A stretch of DNA of 64,000 bases from Guillardia theta CCMP2712. Lineage: Eukaryota; Protista; Cryptophyta. The translations under genes were made by a program, and so were the position numbers. This document shows, in pieces, positions 30,670 to 42,500 of the stretch (positions are counted from its first letter, which is position 1; each line of letters begins with the position of its first letter). The DNA lies in NCBI RefSeq assembly GCF_000315625.1, contig NW_005434614.1, positions 269,219 to 333,218 on the forward strand, in the 5' to 3' direction. The notes below the pieces were generated by a model, which did not search any database, was not told where the DNA came from, and worked only from the letters and a program-made list of their open reading frames with translations.

Positions 30670-31900
30670 TTATATTTCACATGGGTCGCTCGGTAATCTC
30701 CCGAGTGACAGGTTCTCTTCCCCGAGTCTGCTGGCGGGCCTGACCAGTCGCTCAGTCTCGGGGCTACCGGATTCCCCCGGATCGGAGCGGCGGAGAGGCT
30801 GCTCGGCCTCGTTCACCACACTGAGAACAGACTGAGAAGTTGATCTAGGCTGAAAGTTTGGTCTTGATTCCCAAGAGCGATCGACGCAGCTGAGGAACCG
30901 CCGAGGCTGAGAACGGTCTTGGTCGCCGAGCCGCATTGAACTGACTGGCTGACTGCCTATCGGGCTCATCGGCCTCACTGCCCATGGTGATTCAGAGAGA
31001 GGAACAAGTTCGGAGCAGTCGGGAACCTCTGGAACAGTCCATGCCCGAACTCGTTCCATCTGCTTGTCGAAGAAACAGCCTGCAGCTCCTCTTGCTGTTC
31101 CTGATGCCAACCGGGTCAGCAAGTCACTTCCCCACCTGCTTTGTTGCACCTGCTGCTCATAGAACATTGATTCGGCCTTTGCTCGCGACCTACCCCATGG
31201 GGTCAGCGATCGTTTGATGGCAGGAGGAAGCAGAGGAGTGTACTTGGGGCTGAGCAAGCTCAACGCTGCTTTCTGCTTGCCTCGGAGCATCAGCCTCCGC
31301 ATCTGTTCAAGTCAAGTGGACATGTTTGCGAGACATCAGTGTTGCTCACCTTGATCTCATTGATTGGGAGAAAGAGGCCAATAGAGTGCATAGCGTCCAA
31401 TGTTGTCTTGTTGTCTTTCTCTTTCATCCTGGAGACAACTGTAAGAAGCAGCCAGTGCCGCTGCATCATGCAACCTCAAATCCTTGAGCATCATCTTAAT
31501 CTCCAGCAGTTCATCAACCGCCTACCAAAGAATGATCGGATCAGCAAAACTGTTCATGGTCGGGTTTCTTCGCAAACATCACCGAGCCGATTCCAAGAAC
31601 TTTATCTTGATCGATCTTATCTCCTTGAATCATTCGGTGATTGATGTCTTTCTCTCTCCTCTCCGCAAGATACTTTTCTGACATTTGCATTCGTACCTAG
31701 CATCCAATGTCTCATGTGGCCGTTTCAGCAGGACTGGTGATATCGTACAGTGAGCTTGCCTATGTAACTCTGCGAATTCCTGGCCTTGATCCTGTTTCGG
31801 ACCATCAAAGATATCAGCGGAATTTCGATTTCACCTACCTCAGCGATCTCTGTCTACGATCGTTCCTTATCAACGTCTCTTGCAACTGTCCTTCAAGGCT
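30670..31900 (-). CDS. Multi-exon protein of unknown function
   Basis: 210-codon terminal exon (30670..31302). Upstream exons are joined by short GT-AG introns (VVSRMKEKDNK...INEIK|MRRLML). 5' end unresolved. Confidence 0.55.
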
Positions 31901-32053
31901 CAGCAGGATGAGGGGAGACGAGCATGGCAGAGATAGCACTCACATCGAGCTGTGTCTGTGAGATCACCGGGATCACGCGGGATCCCAAGCTCCCTTGTGA
32001 CTTGAGTGCAGCCTTGCTCATGTCTCAACTGAGTTGCTGCATCAGCAGAGCCA

Positions 32054-32138
32054 TGAAAGTTGTCTCATCACGAGAGCTGACCTCAACATCTCATTGAAAG
32101 TTGTCTCATCACGAGAGCTGACCTCAACTTCTCATTGA
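32054..32138. repeat. 41-bp direct tandem duplication
   Basis: TGAAAGTTGTCTCATCACGAGAGCTGACCTCAAC(A/T)TCTCAT x2. Confidence 0.9.
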
Positions 32139-32428
32139 TGTCCTCCAACCTTCATAATGATCCTTCTCACCCTGCCATTTCGCCCTTTCAGTGACGTCCG
32201 TTGAACTTGTCCCTCATCCCCACTCTTGCCCATTCACCCCCTTGACTTTTCTTGTCAAGAGTTTTTTTTCAGCAATGTCAGAGGCTCGGTGGGGGTGGGG
32301 TGGTGAAGATCCATCAGTCTGGATTAATGTGGGGTACTTGAAAGAGAAAAAGAGGGGTTATTGGGGAAGGGGCCTTCTGAGAGTAGGGGTGATGTTAAAA
32401 CTGTTTTAGGTGTCAGTCGGGGAGTGAC

Positions 32429-35400
32429 GATGGCCAGGGGGAACAAAAGAAAAGAGGAGGAGGAGGAGAAGGAGGAGGAGGAGGAGGAGGAGACACTTGG
32501 AGGTCCTTCAGAGTTCAAGGAGGAAGAGAGGTCCAGAAGAAGAGGTGGAAGGAGCAAGATGAGCAATGCTCGGGAGATGAATGAAGAGGGAGACGTTTTC
32601 TCCATGTCTCGGGCCGTCGCGCAAGAACTGTTCTACGCGGTCCGTGAGGTTTGCGGCTTCTCAGTTGAGATCCTCAAAGATTTCGTGAAGAGCGTGAGAG
32701 AAACCCGAAGAGATCTGCTCGTCAACGGCGACAAGGATGACAGATCTCTGCCTGGCATGAGGGTGGGAAGGGAGAAAGACTGGACGCTTAAGAAGACCTT
32801 CTTTGCGTTCTTGGTTGTGCAGATATTGACTTTTTCTCTCTTCGCTGTATTTGCCTGCAAAGAAGCAAACAGAAAGGACATGCTGATCCACCAAATCCGC
32901 AGGGAGGCTGCTGAGCTGGAGAGAAAGCGCAGCTTTGAGGCTGGGCTAAAGAAAGCGTCGGAGCTGGTTGGGGTTCCGAGGGTTGCAGCGGCCCCAGTCA
33001 TCAATCTGCATGAGATCAAGTTCGTTCAGGCGCCAAGTGCTGGACCGTCTCCGAACATGCTCGAGCAGCAAGAGGTGAAAAAGAAGATCTCACAACAAGA
33101 AGCAGGAAGCGTGCTGAACGATAGCATGTGGAACAATAGCTACAGGGAGGTGGCGCAGGATAAGGTTGCTCCTCGATCCGCGACGCTTCCTTCAAATTCA
33201 AACTCAGCCTTGACTCCACGTTCATCGCAACCATCATCACAATCATCATCACAATCGTCACAAGCATCCACCAGCAGTCAAGAACCGCAACCGTATCCGG
33301 ATACACAGCAGGCTGTCAGCTATTCCAGCCCCCAGCAGGCTGTCAGCTATTCCAGCCCCCAACAGGCTGTCAGCTATTCCAGCCCCCAGCAGGCTGTCAG
33401 CTACTCGAACCAAGGGAGCAGCTACACGGGTCAACAGCCAGCAGTCAGTCAGACTACTTTGCCGGAGTTCAGTCAGTTCCGAGGTCAAGTGAAGTTCCGG
33501 CTGGTGGTGCTGACGTGCAACCGCCCGGTCGCTCTCCTCCGCCTACTTACCTCCCTCCTCAACGCTCATTACGACGGCATCCAGGCTGACCTCCACGTCC
33601 ACCAGGACCGGCCTCCCTCCTCCCCTCCCGACGCTCAGACAACGGCGATCGTCGAGTCCTTCACGTGGCCGCACGGGGTCAAGACTCTCCACCAGTGGTC
33701 GACGCACGTCGGCATCCTCGGCAACTGGATCCACTCATGGCAGCCTAACGCGCAGGACGAGAATAAGATCGCAATCTTCCTCGAAGACGATCTCGAGGCT
33801 TCTCCTCACTTCGCCCGCTGGTTTCTCGCCGCTCACCTTCGCTTCCTCTCCGACCCTGCCGTCTCCTGCTTCTCCGCCATGCGCGCGCAGCTCCGGGCCT
33901 CGGATCCTCGGGGGGAAGGCAACCTAGAGAGCACGATGAAGGAAGGGACGACAGTGTTCAAGTACAAGCTGATGGGCACGTGGAGCTTCTCCCCGAAGGC
34001 GAAGGCCTGGAGGGAGTTCCGCGCATGGTTCGAGAGAATGCAGGAGAAGAAGGGCTTCGTCCCGCTGGTGGAGGGCATCATGCCGAGCATGTGGTACCAG
34101 CAGTTCCAGCAGGAGGGAAGAGAGAGCTCGATGTGGGAGATGTGGTTCATCCGATTCATGGAGGAGAGGAAGGAGTTCTGTGTGTACCCCTGGCTGGCTG
34201 GCAGCAAGACGCTCATGGCGAACTGGAGGGAGAAAGGGCTGCACTACCAGGGGGAGGTGGGGAGAGACCATGAACTTCTGCTGGACTGGGACGCGAAGCT
34301 CATCTTCTGGCCCAACATCATCCCTGTCCTCGACTGGGACGGGCAGGAGATAAAAAGCATCATGGATGCGCAACCGCCTCCTCCTCCTCCTCGTTCTCAC
34401 GCTATCTCCTCCCTCTCCTTCCCTGCCCTCCCTCGCCTCCCCGTCGTGACAACCGTGACCTTGCGTCCTCCTCCAGACGTGCTGACGCAGCTGAACTGTG
34501 TGATCGCCAAGGAGGACCTGCTGCTTCGCTCCATGCTTGAGCAGACGATCCGCACGATGCCCTCTGACCTTCTCCTCCTCTTCGTCATCAGCCGCGCCAG
34601 CATGCCTGCCATGCTCTCGTGGATTTGCAACACGGAGAGGATCGAGGGAGTGCACGAGCGAACCCTCGTCCTCGTCCTCAACTCGGAAATGTTCCCCATG
34701 CTTCAGACCAAGAGCCTCCGCATCAAGGTCGTCGCCTACGAGCAGAATGACGTTTCTCCTCACCGCCTCCTACGAGGCTCCCCAGGGCACTCGAGACTGC
34801 AGGCCCTGCGGCTGCGGGCGCTGATAACGGTCCTGACCCTCCATGACAAGGTTCTCTTCACCGAGCCGGACATGGTGTGGATGGAGGCGGTTCCTTCCTC
34901 GCCCTCCCCTGCTCCCTCCGCCATCATCTCCTCCTTCTCTCTCAGAACCGACGCTGACTTGCAGCTCCTTGAGGACGACGAGACCTTCTCGGACCTCGTG
35001 CTCGTCAAGAGCTCCCCGCAAGTCGTCTGCTTCTTCCGCGGCCTCCTGCAGAACATCAGGGAACAGGCCTCCTCCTCCTCCTCCTCCTCCTCCTCCTCCT
35101 CCTCCTCCTCCTCCTCCTCCTCCTCCTCCTCNNNNNNNNNNNNNNNNNNNNNNNNNNNNNNNNNNNNNNNNNNNNNNNNNNNNNNNNNNNNNNNNNNNNN
35201 NNNNNNNNNNNNNNNNNNNNNNNNNNNNNNNNNNNNNNNNNNNNNNNNNNNNNNNNNNNNNNNNNNNNNNNNNNNNNNNNNNNNNNNNNNNNNNNNNNNN
35301 NNNNNNNNNNNNNNNNNNNNNNNNNNNNNNNNNNNNNNNNNNNNNNNNNNNNNNNNNGCATGAAACTTTCATCGCCGGCGCCTTGATCACCAACACGAAG

Positions 35401-35730
35401 CTGACGAGGTTGAGCCAAGACTTGGATGCTACAACTACTGACATCTCTCATCCCCTCTCCTCTCCTGTTGTCTCCTCCTCCCTCTCCTCCTCTTCTTCCC
35501 CCCATCCCCTCTCTCCCTCTCCCCCCCACTCTCTGTCATTCTCTTCCCTCGCACTTTCTCCTTCCTCTCTCAGCGTCAAGGACTGCTGCGAAGCATGCTC
35601 CCGCCTCAAGGACTGCAAGGCGTTCGTGTGGATCGTGACTTCGAGCGAGTGCTGGACCAAGTCAAACATCCGAGAAATGAGCAAGAGGAGGCTTGTTTTC
35701 TCTGCCATCCGCTCAGACCCCGCGTCGTGA
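32429..35730 (+). CDS. Type II membrane glycosyltransferase with two GT-A domains (GT2-like plus Nucleotid_trans/GT77-like) and a C-terminal PAN/apple-like domain; interrupted by an N gap
   Basis: TM FFAFLVVQILTFSLFAVFAC, then an S/Q-rich stem. Domain 1: LVVLTCNRPVALLRLLTSL..FTWPHG..WIHSWQP..FLEDDLEASP. Domain 2: MLSWICNT..VHERTLV..LRLRAL..VLFTEPDMVW. C-terminus: DCCEACSRLKDCKAFVW...CWTKS. The ATG could be 32429 or a downstream Met. Confidence 0.8.
33306..33406 (+). repeat. 27-bp coding repeat (QQAVSYSSP) x ~3.7 in the stem region
   Basis: Read directly. Confidence 0.92.
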
Positions 35731-36223
35731 CGTCTTGAATGTAAAGATAGAGAGTTGTCTACATGAATGATAGTGGAAACATGAGATGTCTTGTAAAGAT
35801 AGTCGCTAAGAGAGTTCTTGTGCCGATAGTCGCTACATCAGATGTCTTATAACAATGGAGCATTATCCTTCACCAGGATGGTGAAGGATAAAAAGAGGAG
35901 GCAGAATTGCAAGGAGGAGAGACGGAAATATGAAAGATAGGACAAGATAAGGGAAGAGAGGAGAGGAGAGGAGAGGCGAAGAGAGGTGAGGAGAGGAGAA
36001 GACGAACAATCATGATATGTTTGCTTTTGCTTGTTCGGTCGAATCAGAGGAGAGGGAGATTTACTAGCAGGTGGAGTAGAACCTGAGGGTCCAGGAAGGA
36101 AGCAGAAAAGGCGCAGAATGACGGGAAACAAGCAAACCAGAGCAAAAGGTGAGAGAAAGAGGGGAAGAAAAGAGAGTAGAAGGGGAGAAGAGCTGGTGCT
36201 CGCAGGAAAGACAGTGACGAATA

Positions 36224-37040
36224 TCAGCTGGTACTCGCAGGAAAGAAGCGAGCAGCAGGAATGGGAGCTCCGGCAATGAAGTCAAGAGTCGCTCGGACAG
36301 CTGCCTGCCGGCCCGACGGACGTCAGAGGAAATCATCATCATCTCCTCTTCCTCCTCCTCCTCCTTCTCCTCCTTCTCCTGCTCCTCCCTTCCCTTTAGC
36401 AACCTCTCCTCCCCTTCATCCCTTCTCTGCAATCCCCCTCCTCTCCTCTCTCGCTTCCCTTCCCCCTCCCGCCTGTCCTCTCCCCTTCCCCTCTACCTTC
36501 TCCCTTCCTCCCCCTCTCCTCTCATCCACTTCCGCCCCCTCACCGGATGCTGAGTGATGTAATTGTGAGGGGCCGTCAGCACCAGGTGAGCATGCGCGCT
36601 GTGCCGCAACCTCGTTTCCTCTACCGTGATCACGCCGTCGTTGGGGCCCTGTAGGAGCGGATTGATCGCCCCGCAGTCTCCCGCTATGATGAGCGTCCTG
36701 CAGTAGCTCGGGAGGTTGCCGAACGACCAGTCGCCCCTCCCTTCCTCCACCGCCTGCAGCTCCCGGCCGGCCTTGTGTCCCAGGAGGCTGTCGGAGAGGG
36801 AGGAGGCAGCCTGGTTGATCGCCAAGTCCCACACGCTCTTCACGTCCTCCTTGGGTCTCAGGAGCCGTGCGAGGGAGGAGCCTTGGTTGGGAGGAGCGAT
36901 CATGACGCAGCGCAGCTCCTTGCTCGCTAGCAGCAGCGAGTCTTCGAGTCTCCTCCAGCCCTCGCATCGCATCGCCGCTCTGATCAGGATGGCGCCGAAG
37001 GAATGCGAGACGAGCGCAAAACTTCTTCCAGCTTGCTGCG
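36224..37040 (-). CDS. Alpha/beta-fold hydrolase (lipase/esterase-like); 5' part lost at the gap
   Basis: Nucleophile elbow ALVSHSFGAILIR, then VMIAPPNQGS, IIAG, PNDGVITVEET and PHNYITQHP. Splices to AAVRATLDFI...STS* (stop 36224). Ser-Asp-His triad candidates are present. Confidence 0.85.
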
Positions 37041-37253
37041 CAGAGGCAGGAGGATTCAGGAAGAAGCAGGGGAGGAGGGAGGGGGGAGGAGGGAGGGAGG
37101 GAGGGAGGGAGGGAGGGAGGGAGGGAGGGAGGGAGGGAGGGAGGGAGGAAGGTNNNNNNNNNNNNNNNNNNNNNNNNNNNNNNNNNNNNNNNNNNNNNNN
37201 NNNNNNNNNNNNNNNNNNNNNNNNNNNNNNNNNNNNNNNNNNNNNNNNNNNNN

Positions 37254-38353
37254 TGATGCAGCTGTCGTTGTGGGATGCAGCGTCGTAGATGCACAACTCA
37301 CTCGATCGTTTCGCTGTTTCACTCTCATGTTCGTTTTCACATGAAAGTTGCAAGAAAGACCTTGTGAGGCCCTTGAGATGTTGAGAGTAAGAGAGCTTGA
37401 AGCATATCATGCTACATGGTTCATCATTGCTTTCAACGTTGCCTTGATGAGATTCATGGGAATCTTTTTGAGAGCATGAAAGAAATCTTGAAATGCTTCT
37501 TCTTGTGCGGTATGTGACAAACGCTTGTCTGAAGCCATGCAACTTTTAATCCTCCAACAAATCCCTCCAAACTTAGCCATTACCGCGTTCAACGCGCGTC
37601 TTAAAAAACCCCAGGTTGTAACTTCAACGATGTCATCTGAATATTCGCTTCTCTCATATTCTCTCTCACATCTCTTGTCTCACATCTCTTTCTCTCACAT
37701 CAGAACCGGAAGGTCTCGTATCCGCGTCATGTACTCTTCGCATTCTTGCTCGCTTGTCTTGACATCAGGACAAGACACGATGAGCTTGTCTTCGCTGCGG
37801 GGGATCGTGTCTTGCAGAACAACTTCGTCAACAAGGGTTTTCTTCTGTCGCGGGGAGGCTACACAATCTGAGCTCCTCCTCCTGTTTGATTTCACCTGCT
37901 GCAGAGAATGACATTCATGGCAAGTCGTTGTCACGCCGTGCCCAGACGCCTTAGGGTTGAATATTTCGTGCAGGCAGTAACCGACGATAGCACACGTTCC
38001 GTGATTGCAGCACTTATTTGGGCCCATGTTTGATTTCCTCTGTTTGTCCATGCAGATGAGGACTGAGGCAACGTTCAGACAATGAAGGGAGGCAATGTTT
38101 CAGCGTCTTGTCGGAGGGCCTTTCCTTCGAATGATGTGCTCTTTGCTTCTGAGTTTCGCTCCCTTCTCCTTGTACTCCTCAGTAGAACACGCTCTTCCTC
38201 TTGTTCTGTACAGCAAGCTCTCGTATCGTCTTCGTCTTCCACTTGTTCTTCTTCCTCTTCTTCTTCCTCCTCTTCTTCTCTTTCTCCACTCCGTTCGGTT
38301 GCCTTTGGATTTCCTCGCCCCCACGGGTTTGCCTCCAGATCTAGCTCCTGCAT
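37254..38353 (-). CDS. Multi-exon coding region of unknown function (separate gene or N-terminus of the hydrolase)
   Basis: Chain of minus-strand ORFs (38075..38353, 37695..38051, 37254..37542) separated by intron-sized intervals. No motif recognised. Confidence 0.4.
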
Positions 38354-39589
38354 ATCTTGAGATCCTTAGTTTCAAAGTTCTCGAGTTAATTTCAACTATT
38401 TCGATCAATTTTGGGAAGCTTGAATTCGACCTCAGTTTGGATAAAAACACGAAAAAATGTGATTTCGATTTAATTTCTCAGCCTAGTCTCATTTGTATCT
38501 ATCGCTGAGCGGGGTTGCATCAAGTACCGGTGCGAACAAGCCTTCTTCGAGGGGTACTCATTAGGGTCATCAAGGATAATTTGAGGCGGACTCGGGAGAC
38601 TAGGTTCAGAAATCAAGTCAGCGAAATGTAGTCCTAATTGAAGCATCGCTGCCTTACTTCATGGTCACGAGGCCTCCGGCATGGACTCAGTCAAGGCTGA
38701 CAGGCTCGGATGACTCCAGTTAAGACCTCGAGGCGTTCGGGACATGACGAGGATGCGCCGGGGGCCGCCGGCCCTGAGCCGCGCCCGTACTATCATCTCA
38801 AAGTTAACTAACATCAGTAGTAAGATAGTGATGCACTTTGAGTAAAACTATACACGGCGTTAGTATGATTAAAGAGTGTGAGTGACGCGGGGGCAGGACT
38901 GGCTGACTCACCCGGCCGGGGCCGGGGGGCCGCACGGAGGCTCCGGGAGGCTACGTGTCACAAGAAAGCTGTCACACGGCATCATGGGGGAAACTTCATC
39001 CGATGGCATCGGTCTTTTACTCAAAGTAGTAAGGCGGCGGCTGGGCCGAAACGTTGAACGGCCCGGGCCCGGGCCGGCGCGCGGTCCGCGGCGAGGAGCG
39101 GCGCACCGTAGTATGCCTGGACTCCGGGATCTGACACGGACCACCGTCGCTACACGCGGCCCCGGCTGAAATTTGAATTTAAAATCATGGTATGACTAAA
39201 TAAAGTTCGTGACTGAGGCGTGTCGAATTACTCCACCCCCCTGCATCACCACCAAACTACCGGTCCTTATCACATGGCAAGTCACATCTGTCATTCAGTT
39301 CAAATGAAAACTTTTGTCACCAGGGTAGGGTCCTCTGTCTACCCCTCCAAAGCAGGTGTGAAACACCCGTGTGACATCATGGGTGACCCTACCGTGGTTG
39401 GGGCCATTTGAAGTCAAAAGATGTTGCGCCTGACGGCAGGAAATGCACAGCACGGACGGTGAGGGAGGATGGAGAGGAAGGGAGAGGAGAGAGGATACGG
39501 CAAGACAGGACGGAGAGAAGAAAGTCTGAGATCACCTGCCGGACGGCTCTGTGGGACAGCTCACTGACTGCAAGGAGGTATGAGGGCCA

Positions 39590-42500
39590 TGGCGGACTGG
39601 AGCGTGGAGCAAGACCGAATCGCTGTGCTAGAGCGTTCGATAGAGGAGCTCGAGGGGAGCGGCAGCGTCCAGTCACAAGACAGGCTGCAGCTCCTGGAAA
39701 CGAGGCTCAATCGTATGGACTCAAGCTCCACCATGGTTGTTTCGACCACCCCCCCTATGTTCCAGGTCGATGGGGAAAGGCCTTCTTGGATGAGTCTGTG
39801 GCCAGCACCAGTGACAAGAACAGGCGGCAGTCAGAGGTCACCGGCTAAGATCTGCCGCCTGCCTCGAGTGGAAGACTGCAACCCTGCCGTCGAGAGCTCT
39901 CCCAGCACAGAGCCCGGCTACTCAGCTCAGGCTTCGACCAAACCTCAACCGGCTGCCGAAAGCCCATCTCGCGTCTTGATGTCGAGGGCAGAGAAGAGGA
40001 TGGAGAGCCCGGCCAGATCAATGGCAAACTTGTCGCCAGAGTCACCCCAACCTCCCTCGGGCTTTGCTCAAGAGAAAGGGACTTCGAAGATCCTCCGTCA
40101 GGTTACAGGGAAGGTCCCGCCAGCTCAGTCTCTCCATTCAACATCTTCGGAGGTTCGACCGGCTGAGTTGAGCATTCTGGAGCAGGTGGAGATGGAGGTC
40201 AGTGATTGACTCCTGTTGCATTCTGGGCTGATTTGCTCTCTCAGTCAGTATCGAATGGAGACAGGTTCAGGAACGCAAATTTCCATCAGATGTAATTGCT
40301 CAAGTTATACCTTTTATTCACTCACACTCTACATAGCCGAGAAAAGTTCGAGCAAGTCTATCCTTTGAACGGGAATGTGAGTGCGGCAGATATAGCTGCT
40401 GGTGATTGAGAAGCATCGACTAGTCTACTTGTCTAACCTTTGTCATGCAATACCTGGAAGATGAAGAGCTTTTGATGCAAACTATCGATTTCTCGACCCC
40501 ATACAGAGAGCATATAGATCAGGCAAGGATTGTCTGCTACAAGATGTATGATTGACGTGTCTTGTTGAAGGAAAACTTCACCTTCACAGACTCAACCCAC
40601 CATGAGTTTGTTCAGGGGAGCGATTTCATCTACCAAGGTCTAGTGTGCCCCTTGCTATTCCACGTGCTTACCGACGGCCATCCATGACAGGTGCGGTCTA
40701 CTCGATGCCGAAGAACGACTACAGCCCGCAGCGGAAGGAGGAAGAGCGTGAAGGGTGAACTGCTACGAACTGTTCCTCTCCCTCCTCACTCTGCTCCAGC
40801 CATGTCCACACGAACGTCTCCCACGGAAATTTCTCCTGGTCGAAGCTGGAGGTTGATCAGGAATGTGTTGGTCGTTGGTGGTGACGCACGAGACAGAAGA
40901 GCGGACTGCCGGATACATTCTCAACGTTGAGAGAAGAAGATCGACGCAGTTCGACTCCCTTTGTCATGGTGAGATGCTTTGATAAAACTCCTTCACACCT
41001 GCCCGGACCTCTACTCCCCTTCAGCTCGACCCGACTCTTGTAACTTGTTCCTTGGCAGACCCTCGAACAGGACTATGACAATTTCATTCCAGAATCCGAG
41101 AGAGATCTGGTTTGACGTCGTTGAAAGTGTGCGGGCAATCTTGTGACTTTTTCATGTCAGAGGATCCTCAAGAAGAAGATTTCTTTCATGATCGCCAACG
41201 CCCTCGGAATTGAGTCAGACAGGTTGCAACTGATCTGCAACGTGTAAAGAATGATCGCACTGGCTAGAGTTGAGATCGTCGAGTTTGTTTCCGGCTCAGT
41301 GGAAGTCAAAGGAGTTCTTTACCACGGTACTTGAATGTTGTTTCCTCGAGACGTTGACTGTTGCGACTGCCAGCTGTCAGCGATGTCAAGGGTGAAGAGG
41401 CCCAGCTGCAGCTCGAGAGGCTGAGGTCGCTGGTGACAGCAGCCGTTTGACTAGTTTGACACGAGCTGACGACTGTGACTAGATCGATCTGAGGTCGACG
41501 ACCCTCTCGTCGCATCTCAACGCAGGTGACTCCTCGCGTTCAGCCTTGACTTGTTGTCACTCTCATCGCAGTCTCCATCTCCTTCACCAGCAGTACCCCC
41601 TACTATCCCTTCAGGGTGAACCCCTCGTGCCTCCTCCTGCACACTTGTGACCTTGTGACAGGACAACGTGCCCTCCGAACCATACGCGAGGCCTCAGGGT
41701 TGAAACTTGCTTCTACTTCCATCATCCTTCTATCCCTTTCCTTCCCTCTCAACTTGAATGCCCTTCCCTCTCCCTCCTCCTCCCCCTCTCCCTCCCCACC
41801 TCCTCCTCCATCTCCCCCTGCCATTCCCTCTCCCTCACCACTCTCTCGCTATCTCGCAGATCCTCCTCCACGCTCTCCGGTCGGCCCTCCTGGAGTCAAA
41901 GAGTCGCAGAGGCCGCAGGGCCTGCTGGAAGTCTTCATCCTCCGAGCCTCTGCCCTCCCCACCCAAGAATGGACCAAGGCTGTCTGCGTCGTTGAGCTCG
42001 AGTCCAGCTCGAGGGCCCAGGGGTTTGACAAGTGGAGGAGCGGCAAGCTGGGAGACAACCGTCGGTCTGAAATTCTCTCCTCCCTCGACGCCTTCATCAG
42101 TCAGCGGTACCAGAGGCTCCACGGGACCAACGACGGGTATCGCCTTCTGCACCTCATACTCCCTCCTCTTCCTCTCCTCTCCACAGCCCTCCCTCGCCCT
42201 CCAATCTTCCTCCCCCTTCCCCCCCAACACATCTCTCCTCTCTCCTCTCTCCCCTCTCCTCTCTCCCCTCTCCTCTCTCCTCTCTCCTCTCTCCTCTCTC
42301 CTCTCTCCCGCTCTGCCTCCTCATCCTGTCTCAGTGAAGCACTCCTGTCCTCGCTCCTCCCCTTGCTATGCTCACAAGAGCCCAGGGAGCCTCCTGCATG
42401 GATGGCGGGCCGGCACGACGACTCGGACTTTCACTGGCAGGACGTGGCAGGTCACCAGACGTTCCGCACCTGCGTGAGAGGAGGAGACGCGAGCCCCAAG

